This document shows positions 28,577 to 38,987 of a DNA stretch of 64,000 nt, one piece after another. Within the stretch, counting starts at the first letter, position 1. Every line of letters starts with the position of its first letter. A program made the position numbers and the translations under genes. The DNA comes from a virus. The DNA is taken from positions 1 through 64,000 of the IMG/VR virus record IMGVR_UViG_3300035671_000001; one strand, given 5' to 3'. The notes under the pieces are model-generated. The model was not told the DNA's origin. It worked only from the letters and a program-made list of their open reading frames with translations, and ran no database searches.

Positions 28577-29988
28577 AGTGTAGAGGTTGCTTATGACAGC
28601 CGAAGAGTTGGGTACGCTGATTGCCACATTGCGGGCTGATGCCCAGAGTTTGCAACAGATCGAAAAGACGCTGGTTGAAATGAAGGATCAGATGCTCTGT
28701 GTGCATCTGAAGCTCAATGATTTAGCCACAGCCCTTGCAAGGGCCTTAGAGAAAAAGAAAAAGAAGTGACGCCAGACAAGCTGCAGGCATTTCGGATCAA
28801 GCTCACCAACGAGCTGTGGAAGTCCTTTCCACGTGCCGATGCGGCGTCGATCTGGAAAGCTGCAAACGTGTTGCTGCCTTTGATCATGCGCGAGAGCTTC
28901 AATCTTGTGGACATGCCACACGAAGCCGACTGCGTCTGTTGGAATTGCGTCATGGCGTTGCATAGTGATGCAGCGCGGCGACTCGCCGAGTGGCGGACGG
29001 CGCAGGAGGCGGCCGATGAGCATGACTGAATTGCAGCTCAAATTGTTTCGGATACCAGCCAGCAAGCGGATCAAGTTGACGCCCACGCAGCGTGAAGTGT
29101 TGGCGTGGGTGGAGTACAGCGGCGGCCGGTTCGCGGCATGGCCGCGCAGGTTTCAGGCGCGCACGCTGCGGGTGCTGATGCAGCATCGGCTCGTGCAATG
29201 CACAGGCCATTCGCCGGCGCGCTACGTGGTGACGCCGCTCGGGCGCGCAGTCCGAGGACGTCATGAGTCGGGCCGGCCGGGGGCAGCTCCGAAGATCACT
29301 AGCCAATTTTTGCCGGATACGGCGGAGGAGTAGGGAATTCGGCCTTCTGGCGGGGCTGGGGAGGCCACCGGTGAGGCGCAGCGGCGCCCCGCTAGTCCAG
29401 CCCCGAGCAGGCTCGAAAATGACGCCCACGGGCTCCCCACGGGCTCGCCAAAGCAGCGGAGTTAACCTGCCAAAATAATTAAAATGGCGTTGATATTGCT
29501 GGTGTTTTCGTTGCCAATTATTGCTTTCAAGCTTGATATTTAGGAAGCAGTTTCCTATACTACTTGGACTGCCCCATCGCATGCGGCCGCAAATGGCCCC
29601 CGAGACGGGCGGGAAAGGACCGGGAGCGGCCCTGTCGGCATCGATCGCCAGATCAGCCTTATTTCGAAATGCTCCCGCAGCCTGACGGCAGACTTCCAGG
29701 GGCCGTGTATCGCAGAATAACCCGAGGTGCGACGCGTCGCGCCCTGGTGGCTATCAGTCGATCAAGTTGCCGGCGAGTGCCCTTTGCGGCCGCTGTAGTT
29801 GGCCCTGATTTGATCGCGTGCTGCTGACGCGCTTGTGCCTCGGGACAAAAAACATCTGCGCACGACTCCAATAACGAAATTGCACCGCTTGCAAGGCGGT
29901 GCATTCCCAAGCGGCGGCTCGCTCCGCCGTTTCGGAATTCAGTGCACGTCGCTGCAACGGCGTTTCTCAAACCAACGGAGTCCCCATC

Positions 29989-30270
29989 ATGACTACTACC
30001 AATCTCACCACGACTATCGATCGGCTCGGCGTCATTCTAGCGCAAAAGGCCGAGTTGATAGCCGAAGAAAAGTTGCTCAAGGGCGTGCTCGTCGACAACG
30101 GCGCGGGCGCTTACGAGGGCGACTTCTACCGCGCCACCGTCAGCATCGCTGAGCGTGGCACGCTCGACATGAAAGCGGTACGCGAGAAGCTTACCGCGCA
30201 GTTCATTCGCGCCCACACCAACGTCACCGAAGTTACGACAGTGAAAGTCGTGGCTCGAAACGGAAAGTGA
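29989..30270 (+). CDS. Hypothetical early protein
   Basis: GGAG RBS within the repeated module. Confidence 0.6.
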   Translation: MTTTNLTTTIDRLGVILAQKAELIAEEKLLKGVLVDNGAGAYEGDFYRATVSIAERGTLDMKAVREKLTAQFIRAHTNVTEVTTVKVVARNGK

Positions 30271-30552
30271 ATGGGCCATGTACTGCACAGTCGTTTGCGT
30301 GGGGCTCGTATGCTCTGCGCTCTGCTCCACTCCCGATCCGTTGACTCGGCAAATTCAAACCGAGCAATATCTACAGCGGTTCGGGCCGTGCTCGCTGGGT
30401 ACATGTCCGCCGTTCAATCCTGGCGATCACATCCGCACCAACCCTTATACGAAGTGAATGCCGTCGGGCCGCGCTTTCGAGCGCGGTCCCGCAGTGTTCA
30501 TCTCTGAATGCTCGCCGCTTGCAACGGTGTCCCTCTCTAACGGAGTCACTCA

Positions 30553-31569
30553 ATGTCTCTTATTCTAGAGCATGAAATCACCATCGCTGACGCGGCGGTG
30601 ATGTTGGAAATCCTCACTGATGCCGGTGATCCGGTCATGATGTGGGGCAAGCCCGGTATCGGCAAGTCTGACATCGTGCACCAACTCGGCGCCAAGAAGC
30701 AGCGCAAGGTAATCGAGTTTCACGCGGCGTTGCGTGAGACTGTCGACTTGCGCGGTATTCCAATCGCTGATCCGGCGACGGGCACAACGAAGTGGTTGGT
30801 GCCCGCCGAGCTTCCGCAGGCAGAACGTGATGGCGAATTCGGCTATTTGTTCTGCGACGAGATCAACCAAGCGTCTCCCCAGATGCAAGGCGTTCTCGGT
30901 GGTTTGATACTTTACGGCGTCATCGGCGACTATCGCTTGCCTCCGGGCTGGCGCGTCATCGCTGCCGGCAACCGGGTATCCGATCGGGCGGCCGCTCAGC
31001 GTATGCCGACGCACATGCGAAACCGGTTCGCGCACTTGTTCATCATGCCTGATGTAAACGCATGGTGCGTGTGGGCGAACGCTAACAAGGTTGCGCCCGA
31101 GGTTGTCGCTTTCGTTCGGCTGCGGCGCGAGTTGCTGCACATGATGCCGAAGGGCGACGAGAACGCGTTCCCGACACCGCGCTCGCTGACGAAAGCTGCA
31201 AAGTATGTCAACGCGCCGACAGAACATCGGCTGCGTTTGTTTGCTGCTCACGTTGGTGACGCAGTTGCGGCGGAGCTGGACGGCTTTATCGAGCTTTACC
31301 GGTCACTCGGTTCGCTCGACGATATCGTCGCTGATCCAGACGGCGCTAAGGTTCCCACCGAACCGAGCTGCCGTTACGCGGTCTGCACCGGGCTCGGCCG
31401 CATCGCCACGCGCAAGAATTTCCCGAATATCATCCGGTATGCCAAACGGCTCAACCGGGAGTCGGAAGTGCTTGTCGTGACTGATGCGACTGGCCGCGAT
31501 GCCAGCCTCAAGGACACCACTGCCTATGGAAAGTGGGCGGTAGCCAACCAGGACTTAACGGTCCAGTGA
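30553..31569 (+). CDS. MoxR-like AAA+ ATPase
   Basis: GKPGIGKS, LFCDEINQA, AAGNR, RNRF, FPTPRS. Confidence 0.9.
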   Translation: MSLILEHEITIADAAVMLEILTDAGDPVMMWGKPGIGKSDIVHQLGAKKQRKVIEFHAALRETVDLRGIPIADPATGTTKWLVPAELPQAERDGEFGYLFCDEINQASPQMQGVLGGLILYGVIGDYRLPPGWRVIAAGNRVSDRAAAQRMPTHMRNRFAHLFIMPDVNAWCVWANANKVAPEVVAFVRLRRELLHMMPKGDENAFPTPRSLTKAAKYVNAPTEHRLRLFAAHVGDAVAAELDGFIELYRSLGSLDDIVADPDGAKVPTEPSCRYAVCTGLGRIATRKNFPNIIRYAKRLNRESEVLVVTDATGRDASLKDTTAYGKWAVANQDLTVQ

Positions 31570-31658
31570 GTACTGCAGAGGGCCGCGCGTTGCGGCCCTC
31601 GACAGTGTTTATCCGAACGCTCCTGCCTTGCAAGCGGGCACTCTTAGGAGTCACCACC

Positions 31659-31832
31659 ATGTCACTCAACGAAGCAATCGCCGTTGTAAAGGCGAATGGC
31701 TACCGCGTGAGCAAGCCGAAGGCGACGAAGAAAGTTGCCCCGCGCTTGAACGCAGTCGGTCGGCCGTTCTCGTCGTCCTACGATCCCAACTACAAAATGA
31801 AATACAAGCCAAAGCGCTACGCCTACCCGTGA
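31659..31832 (+). CDS. Small hypothetical protein
   Basis: GGAG RBS within the repeated module. Confidence 0.5.
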   Translation: MSLNEAIAVVKANGYRVSKPKATKKVAPRLNAVGRPFSSSYDPNYKMKYKPKRYAYP

Positions 31833-31925
31833 ACAGCGCAGAAGGCAGCCGCGTGCTGCCTTCGACAGTGTTCATTCGAACGCTACGCCTCTTGCAAATT
31901 GGCGTCCCTCACTGGAGTCACTACA

Positions 31926-32822
31926 ATGAATAAACCAATCAAAATCGCAACGCCGCTCTCTCGAAAGGCGGTGCTTGTCTCTGTGAATATCTCGCAGTGG
32001 ACGGCGCGAAAGTTGGATCGCAAGGTCACCGACGAAGTTAACCGCGCGCACAACGCGGCCAAGGACGCCGGGCGATACAACAAGCTCTTGATCGAGGCCG
32101 AGCACTTGGCCGAAGTCAACAAGCTGGTTTCGAGTGCCAGGAGCTTGCACTACAGCATGACGCGGCCGTGGGCGGACGAGGGTCCGCGCATTCTGCCAAA
32201 CGCGCTCTACTCGAAGTTCACTGACGCATTCCGTAACTTGAAGCGTGAGTTTCAGATTGCGGCTGATGCGTTCTGCGCCGGCTATCCGAGCTTCGTTGAA
32301 GAGCGGAAGAAATCTTTGAACGGCTTGTTCAAAGAAGCGGACTATCCGTCAGCGAACGACATCCGCAACAAGTTCAAGCTTGAATTGAACGTGTTGCCAT
32401 TGCCAGACGCAGAGGACTTCCGCACCGATCTTGATCCCGACACGCTCGCGGACATCAAACGCGAGATGAGCGAGACTTCCGGCAAGGTGCTTGACGATGC
32501 AATGAAACAAACATTCGTTGAGATCACCGAGCTGGTCGGCCACATGGCCAAGAAGTTGAACGAGCAAACGGCCAAGACCAAGCAGAAAGGCGAGCGCAAA
32601 TTCTATCTCGACTCGCTCGTCAACAACGTGCGCGACTTGGCTGACTTGTTGCCTGCCTTCAATCTGACTGACGATCCGAAGCTCACCGCTATCACCAACC
32701 GCATTGCTAAGGAGCTATGCGTGGAAGATGCGAAGGAGCTGCGGAAGAATGACGAAGCTGCCAAGACAGTCGCCAAAAGCGCTGACGAGATCGTGGCCGA
32801 GGTGGCCAAATTCCTCGGCTGA
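31926..32822 (+). CDS. DUF3150-like protein
   Basis: KAVLVSVNISQW.ARKLD ... T.PW...G.RILP ... LF...DYPS; typical partner of the AAA and vWA genes. Confidence 0.65.
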   Translation: MNKPIKIATPLSRKAVLVSVNISQWTARKLDRKVTDEVNRAHNAAKDAGRYNKLLIEAEHLAEVNKLVSSARSLHYSMTRPWADEGPRILPNALYSKFTDAFRNLKREFQIAADAFCAGYPSFVEERKKSLNGLFKEADYPSANDIRNKFKLELNVLPLPDAEDFRTDLDPDTLADIKREMSETSGKVLDDAMKQTFVEITELVGHMAKKLNEQTAKTKQKGERKFYLDSLVNNVRDLADLLPAFNLTDDPKLTAITNRIAKELCVEDAKELRKNDEAAKTVAKSADEIVAEVAKFLG

Positions 32823-32840
32823 TGATACTCTGGTGCTCGC

Positions 32841-32877
32841 GAGCCACTGCCTCGGAGAGTACCAAAGAACGAGAGCG
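32841..32877 (+). ncRNA. Solitary TIGR unit
   Basis: GAGCC-ACTGCCTCG-GAGAGTACC-AAAGAACGA-GAGCG. Confidence 0.85.
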
Positions 32878-32972
32878 ATACTAAGTGGGCCGTCCGAAAG
32901 CGCGGCCCATCATAGTGTTGCGGACTGCAACATTCCCCGCTGCAACGGGGCAATTTAATACGGAGTCACCAA

Positions 32973-34436
32973 ATGCATAACGACAAACATGCGATGGATC
33001 GTGTCCTAAAGGCGCGCTCCGCGCTGATATTGGCCCGCCGTTTTTACGGCGTACTGGTGTCGAATGTTGAGCCCGTTCTTTCGCATGACGTTCCGACGGC
33101 CGCGACGAACGGCAAGAAGCATTTCTGGAATCCCGATTTCATCGCTGAACTGACGCAGGCACGTCTTGAGTTTGTGCAAGCGCATGAGAGCGAACACGAT
33201 GCGCGCCACCATGGTACGCGTCGCGGCGATCGCGATCCGAAAAAGTGGAATGAGGCCACCGACTTTGGGATCAATATCGATCTCAAGGACGAGGGCTTTG
33301 ATGTTCCGCCATGGGCGTTGCTTGACGAGCGATTCCGAGGCATGAGCGCCGAGGATATCTACCGCATGCGCGAGCTTGACGAACAGAACAACAAGCCGCA
33401 GCCGCAGCCCGAGCCTGAGCCCGAACAGGGTGAGGATGAGGGCGACGACGCCGACACCGACGAGGACAAGGGCGACGAGCCTGAAGCTTCCGACGAGGAA
33501 GGTGACGAGGAAGGCGACGAGGGCCAAGGCGACGACGGTGAAGACGGCGACGAAGAAGGCAAGGGTGAAGGCCCGGCCGACGACGGCGATGAGGAAACCG
33601 ACGGCGGCCAAGGCGCTGGCGACAGCGAAGCGGAAGGCGACGGCACGGGCGAAGGCACGGGCAGCGCTGACGGCGACGCTGATGGTGAGCCCGGCGAGGG
33701 CCAGCCGCAATCGTCCGGTGATCCCGGCCGCTGCGGTGAGGTGCTCGACGCGGCTGAAGACGCTGGCGATCTCGCTGAGATCGATCAGAAGTGGGAACGC
33801 ACGGTACGGCAGGCGGCTTCGATGGCGAAAGCGATCGGGCAGCTTCCGGGTCATGTCTCCCGCGACATCGAACGGGCCAACAATCCTGGCCAGGACTGGC
33901 GCGAAGTTCTCCGCGCTTGGTTCGATCAAGGCTCGCTGCAAGTCGAGACTTGGAACCGGCCGAACCGACGCTTTGTCGGGGCTGGCTTGTTCCTTCCCGG
34001 CAAGCGGCGGGACGGTATCAACCGGGTTGCGTTTCTGATCGATACGAGCGGATCGATGGACACCATCGCGCTGGCTTGTATCAGGAACGAAGCGCAGGCC
34101 GCGCTTGATGACGGTGCGATTGATGAGGTGATCGCCGTGTACGGTGACACGCAAGTCACTCGCGTCGACACTTGGCGCACGGGCGACGAGATCGAGTTCG
34201 ATCCCCGTGGTGGTGGCGGCACGCGCTTGCGTCCGCTGTTCGATTATGTGGCCGAGCAGGCTGACGATTGCTCTCTGATCGTTTGCTTTACGGATATGGA
34301 ATTCGAAGATTTGAATTCCACCGAGCCTCCGGCTTGTCCGGTGCTGTTCGCAGCGACGGGCTATCCCGACAAGGTTCGCAGATATCTTGCCGATGCTCCT
34401 TGGGGAGCGGCTGGCATTGATGTCGGCGCCCACTGA
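32973..34436 (+). CDS. DUF2201-type metallopeptidase plus vWA-like domain protein
   Basis: TAATNG...NP.F, HESEH, acidic linker, DWR.VL, IDTSGSM, GGGGT, FTD. Confidence 0.85.
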   Translation: MHNDKHAMDRVLKARSALILARRFYGVLVSNVEPVLSHDVPTAATNGKKHFWNPDFIAELTQARLEFVQAHESEHDARHHGTRRGDRDPKKWNEATDFGINIDLKDEGFDVPPWALLDERFRGMSAEDIYRMRELDEQNNKPQPQPEPEPEQGEDEGDDADTDEDKGDEPEASDEEGDEEGDEGQGDDGEDGDEEGKGEGPADDGDEETDGGQGAGDSEAEGDGTGEGTGSADGDADGEPGEGQPQSSGDPGRCGEVLDAAEDAGDLAEIDQKWERTVRQAASMAKAIGQLPGHVSRDIERANNPGQDWREVLRAWFDQGSLQVETWNRPNRRFVGAGLFLPGKRRDGINRVAFLIDTSGSMDTIALACIRNEAQAALDDGAIDEVIAVYGDTQVTRVDTWRTGDEIEFDPRGGGGTRLRPLFDYVAEQADDCSLIVCFTDMEFEDLNSTEPPACPVLFAATGYPDKVRRYLADAPWGAAGIDVGAH

Positions 34437-34535
34437 ATACTGAGCACGGCGGTAAGTCCCGCCGTGTCACAGTGTTCACGACGAACACACCCGCGCGGGC
34501 TTGCACCGCACGGCACTCAAATGGGAGTCACTCAA

Positions 34536-34733
34536 ATGAACAACGATGAAGTTCTCGCAACCATTAAAGGGCTGCGCAAGAACAAGGCCGAAGCCTATAA
34601 ATACTGGCAAACGAGCAAGAAGCAGATTCGCCCCAGTGAACGGGCGATGACACTTGCGAGCTACGCCCGCGAGATCGAGGCACTCGATCGCGTCATTATC
34701 AAGCTGCTGAATGAGCAGGCGGTGCAATCATGA
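34536..34733 (+). CDS. Hypothetical protein
   Basis: GGAGTCAC RBS module. Confidence 0.55.
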   Translation: MNNDEVLATIKGLRKNKAEAYKYWQTSKKQIRPSERAMTLASYAREIEALDRVIIKLLNEQAVQS

Positions 34734-35181
34734 ACCGACATGTAAAGCTAACCATCGCCACGCCGGAGGGCGTGGTGCTGGGCACGTTGTTCGTGTCTGT
34801 GCCTGCGAGCAAGCTTAGTGCAGCGGACGAGATTATCGATGTCATCCGCGAGAGCTTCGACAACTGCGCTGAGACGTTGCAAATCCTGCTCAAGCTTGAC
34901 GCAATTGACGACAAGGCCAGACGTTTACAGAAACAGGAGAAGTAGAAAATGAACTTGTTAGCCCATGCCCTGCGCGCCGAAACGCTCGACGTCGCGCTGA
35001 CACCCATCATGCGGGCGCTCGGCATCAAGACCGGCGACACCGCCGCCAACATCTTTAGCGGTATGGGCGACGATGAATGGCCCGAACTAACGCTCGAAGC
35101 TCGGCGTGACTGGCTGCTTCACTGGCTCAAATTCGAACTAATCGATGCCCAGGAAGAAGTGATGGAATGCCCATAACCACC

Positions 35182-35221
35182 AAGGCCCCGCGAGCTTCTG
35201 GCTCAGCGGGGCCTTTTTTTT
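35182..35221 (+). terminator. Intrinsic terminator ending the early cassette operon
   Basis: AGGCCCCGC...GCGGGGCC-T8. Confidence 0.8.
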
Positions 35222-35387
35222 GGCCTGCTTGCAACAAGCCAAATGTGGAGTCACCCACAAGCGGAATCTAACCACCTCGGATGGCCGGCGCAAGCGAAGA
35301 TGGCCAGTCACGCGCTGCGCCAACCTGCGCAAGTGCGGCACGAACTGCGACAACCAATAATTCTATGCACAGGAAAACGGTTCCGGT

Positions 35388-35603
35388 ATGCTGCCCGGCA
35401 TGACGAGCACCGGTTACCGAAAAGCAATCGCTGCGCTCGGCCTTAACCAGAGGCAGGCGGGGGAATTCTTGAACCTCACCGACCGCACCTCGCGGAGCTA
35501 CGCCGCTTATGGCCCGCCGGTGGTGGTGGCGATGTTGCTGCTCACGATGATCAAGCACGGCATCAGCGTCGATGACGTGAACGAACTAATGAAGAGGAAA
35601 TGA
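35388..35603 (+). CDS. XRE/Cro-like HTH protein
   Basis: LGLNQRQAGEFL..TDRTSRSY. Confidence 0.65.
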   Translation: MLPGMTSTGYRKAIAALGLNQRQAGEFLNLTDRTSRSYAAYGPPVVVAMLLLTMIKHGISVDDVNELMKRK

Positions 35604-36763
35604 CCATGGCAAAGCATTCAGGGATAACCGTGCACCTCGGGGAACTAGCCCAAGCCGTGCTCCTCGACTTGCTCGACAACATTGCGCGCCAGCTTGAGAG
35701 TGGTGTCGATCCGCTGCGAGTCGCGCAGCAAATTCGTGCCTTCACTGCGGCTGAGAAGTCTGATGTTCGCGAGGAGTTGCTGAGATGAAGCCGCTTATGG
35801 TCTGCGTCGCAACACTGTTTGCTTTCGGTGCATTGGGCGGCACCAAGGCCGAGAACGATCTTCAGGGAATAGCGGCGATGGTGGTGTACGATGCCAATTG
35901 CGTGGGCTATGCGCTCGTGCCAATTGAAGTCAAGTTATGGGTAAAGGCGTACAGCGAACTGTACCCGCGCGAGCTTCCGATGGCGGTCACCGAGATCAAG
36001 AGAACCATTTTTGATAAGATCGGCAAGGCCGAGTTCTGCACGTCCTTCGCCATGCCATTTTCGAGATGAGCGCTGTCATGAACTGGTTAGAACGGATCGT
36101 GGTGTGGTCGCTTGTGCTGGCGATCGGCATATCGATCTTCACCATCACAGCGTGTCAGGTGCCTGTGCGATGAAGCGAACCGTTGCTATTTTGGAGGCCA
36201 TGTGGCGTTCGTCCGATCAGGAGTGTGCTCGATTGGAAGCTGAAAACGAACGGCTGCTGGCTCTGGTCATGGAAGTCTGCAACGAGATTGATGAGTTGGG
36301 CTTTCCTGGGAAAGCAGATCAGTTCAAGCGCCGCGCGCTGGAGTCGAAGCCATGACCAGTCCGCTCCAAGCCGCTTACAACGAAGTTACTCTAACGAATA
36401 GCCGTCTGCGCGCGGCGCTAGAAATGAGCGAGCTTGCGCGGGATCGCGCGCTTGCCGAGGTCGAGCGGCTGAACGCTGAGCGTGCGGGTGACCAACAACG
36501 GCTCTTTCATTATGAGGCCGAGATCGAGCGGCTGAATCGCTATACTGAGCGATTGCGTGCCAATGCAGAGCGCGATGCTAATGAGATCGAGCGGCTGACG
36601 GCGCTGGTAGTGCAGCTAGAGTTCCGGCCCACCGACGGCGAAATCCGAGATGCCGTCAAGGCCGTCCAAGCGCTATTTCCTGGCATAAAGCCTTGACGCC
36701 GCCGGCCGAATCGAGGACCACCTCCTCCACCGGGACCGACCTCCGGGTAGGAGATCGGGTTGC

Positions 36764-37264
36764 ATGGATGCCAAATGGTACGTGGCTCAGCTCAAGAATG
36801 GGCGCGAACGGGTAGCGATACGCGGGCTTGGTGACCAGGGATTCGAGAGCTACTACCCGCAAATGCAGGTGACGCGAGCCCGCAATGGGCGCGTGATCGA
36901 TGACACTGAGCCGGTATTCCCCTGCTATTTATTCCTGCGATCACAGCCTGACGCCTACTCTTGGCGCTCCATCAACAACACCCGAGGCGTGATCCGGCTG
37001 CTGGGCAATGACCAGCCGTGCTCGCTCCCGGATCGCGACGTCGAGCACCTCAAACTGCGCGAGAAAACGGGACAACTGCGGCATCCGCACCGCCGCCAGA
37101 TCAGGGCTGGTGACGTGGTGGAGTTCAAGCTCGGCACCTTCGTCGGGCTCCAGGGCATCTGCCAGTGGACGCGGAGAGAGCGCATTTCCGTGTTGCTTCA
37201 AATTCTTGGCGGCAGTAGCGTCACCATCGCGCCACGCGATTGGCTCAAGCTCGCTGTTGCCTGA
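36764..37264 (+). CDS. NusG/RfaH-like antiterminator
   Basis: WYVAQ.K...E......L..QG.E.YYP ... FPCYLF ... I.NTRGV..L, and a KOW motif G.F.GLQG. Confidence 0.9.
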   Translation: MDAKWYVAQLKNGRERVAIRGLGDQGFESYYPQMQVTRARNGRVIDDTEPVFPCYLFLRSQPDAYSWRSINNTRGVIRLLGNDQPCSLPDRDVEHLKLREKTGQLRHPHRRQIRAGDVVEFKLGTFVGLQGICQWTRRERISVLLQILGGSSVTIAPRDWLKLAVA

Positions 37265-37348
37265 GGGATCTTGCCAAAGCTGGTCTGTCTGGAGCCTTCG
37301 GGGACAAAATCCGATTCAGCGTCAGTGCGGAAGCCGGGGAATAATCCC

Positions 37349-37726
37349 ATGCTCTACGATCCCAAAATAGACAAGCGCAATCAGCGTTTGGCCACCGTGC
37401 TTGACATCATGGCCGAGCGCATCGGCAAGAACGAACACGCTTGGTGCCAGGATTCGTTCCTAAAGTACGTTAAAGGCAATGACGACTTCGCCGTCTGTCT
37501 GGTCGAGGCGGTGTCACAGAGCACTGACAAAGGCGAGCGCAGAGAGCCATTCTACAATGCACTGGCGCGTGAGTTGCCTACCCGGATGGCCGGACTTCTC
37601 AGCCATAAGTCCATGAGTGCGCGTGACAAGCTAATTTTCTTCAACGACTACAAAAGCACCGATCTTCCCCAAGTGCTCGATCTGATTGCACGAGCACGCG
37701 CCAAAGTGCCGGTGCCATGCGATTAG
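37349..37726 (+). CDS. Hypothetical protein
   Basis: W.Q.......CLV.A ... FND pattern. Confidence 0.5.
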   Translation: MLYDPKIDKRNQRLATVLDIMAERIGKNEHAWCQDSFLKYVKGNDDFAVCLVEAVSQSTDKGERREPFYNALARELPTRMAGLLSHKSMSARDKLIFFNDYKSTDLPQVLDLIARARAKVPVPCD

Positions 37727-37776
37727 GGAATTATTGCCAGCCCAGAGTCTAAAGCAGGACGCGGATTTGGAAATCT

Positions 37777-38247
37777 ATGGATAGCGGCTACAAGAAACAA
37801 CACCGAAAGCCGGGTCCTAAAAAGAAGCGCGGAAGGCCCAAAGGCCGCCTAGATAAGCTTACCATCTACAAGCAGATCACCGCCCAACGCAACATGCTCG
37901 CGGCCGCTAACTACAAAGTCGCCACCGAGCATATGGATGAGCAAATCGGCTGGCTCGAAGGGCTAACCGCAGTGCTCAATCCATTCGACGACAAGGGCCA
38001 CGTGCTCAAGGGCATGAGCCCACAGCTCTACTTCAAAGCAGTCGAACTGTACCGCGATTTCCTCGGCCTGCGGGCGCCGTACCAATCGCCACGGCTGTCG
38101 GCAGTGCAGATTTCCCCACCGCAGCGACAGCGCGAAACAACGGTTAATGTCACCATTCTCAACGATCGCGGCGAGCAGGTGTATTCCGATGCGCCCGAGG
38201 ACATTAAGCAGATCGAGCACGTGCCCGGCGACGAGGAGGCAGCGTGA
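37777..38247 (+). CDS. Putative terminase small subunit
   Basis: RGRPKG N-terminus, APYQSPRL; lies upstream of TerL. Confidence 0.5.
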   Translation: MDSGYKKQHRKPGPKKKRGRPKGRLDKLTIYKQITAQRNMLAAANYKVATEHMDEQIGWLEGLTAVLNPFDDKGHVLKGMSPQLYFKAVELYRDFLGLRAPYQSPRLSAVQISPPQRQRETTVNVTILNDRGEQVYSDAPEDIKQIEHVPGDEEAA

Positions 38248-38987
38248 TGGAAACCACTGGCCTGTGCGATCTTTGCGGCATGGGTTGGTGTGGGCGCCCG
38301 TGTTTCCGCGATGCAAAGAAGCGTAACGGGCTGCTGTTTCATGCTGATGGGCGGGCCAAGACGCTCAAGGAGCGCGGGCTCGCTTGGGACAGCCCACCTC
38401 TAATTCAGACCGCGCCTAATCCGAAGCGGCGCGCGATTACTCCGCACCTCAAGTTGCTCTTAGGCAAGAAGGGCGTTGCAAAGGATGTCCCGAAAGTCGG
38501 GGCGGATGTCTCGAAAGTCCCAAATGTCTCGAAAGTCGAGAAGCCTGTCTCGAAAGTCGAGGAGCGTAAGATGGGCCGCCCTGCCTCGGGGCTCTCGCCT
38601 GCTGAGCGCAAGCGCCGGCAGCGCGAGGCGAAAAAGGGCAAGCCGCTCGACTTCAAGGGCTGAACCGTGCGTGATCCCCAGTCCGAACTCACAGCCATCA
38701 AGCTGCAGCTCATGCGCAGTGCGCTCACGCGAGTGACTTCACCTTATTCAATGGGCGGGCGGCCGAAGAGCTTACGTCCTGTCACGTTGCCGGAGTTGAA
38801 CGGTGCAGCAAGTCGAATGTCCATGTTGCCACGGCGAGCGCATGCTGTGGCTGTACCAGGAAGATGCTGAGCTGGGGCAGCTTGAGCCTGCGCGGGTGCA
38901 GTGCTGTCACTGCGAAGGCATCGGCACCGTTGAGGCTGAAGTTTCTGGTGCGCCTCCACCGCTGCGATCGTGGTGGCAGTGGCGGCT

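Larger units (their letters stand above)
29880..34535 (+). repeat. Six related intergenic modules: long hairpin ending CAGTGTT, then a TGCAA-loop hairpin, then GGAGTC RBS
   Basis: At about 29880-29988, 30455-30552, 31570-31658, 31830-31925, 32880-32972 and 34433-34535. Confidence 0.7.

Noticed and set aside
33006-34433. 475-aa minus-strand ORF (and similar long antisense ORFs such as 51965-52888 and 57738-58778)
   Set aside because: Antisense shadows of well-supported plus-strand genes in GC-rich DNA
38485-38560. Short tandem TGTCTCGAAAGTC repeats
   Set aside because: Explained as coding VSKV repeats in ORF 38244-38663; no TIGR repeat motifs
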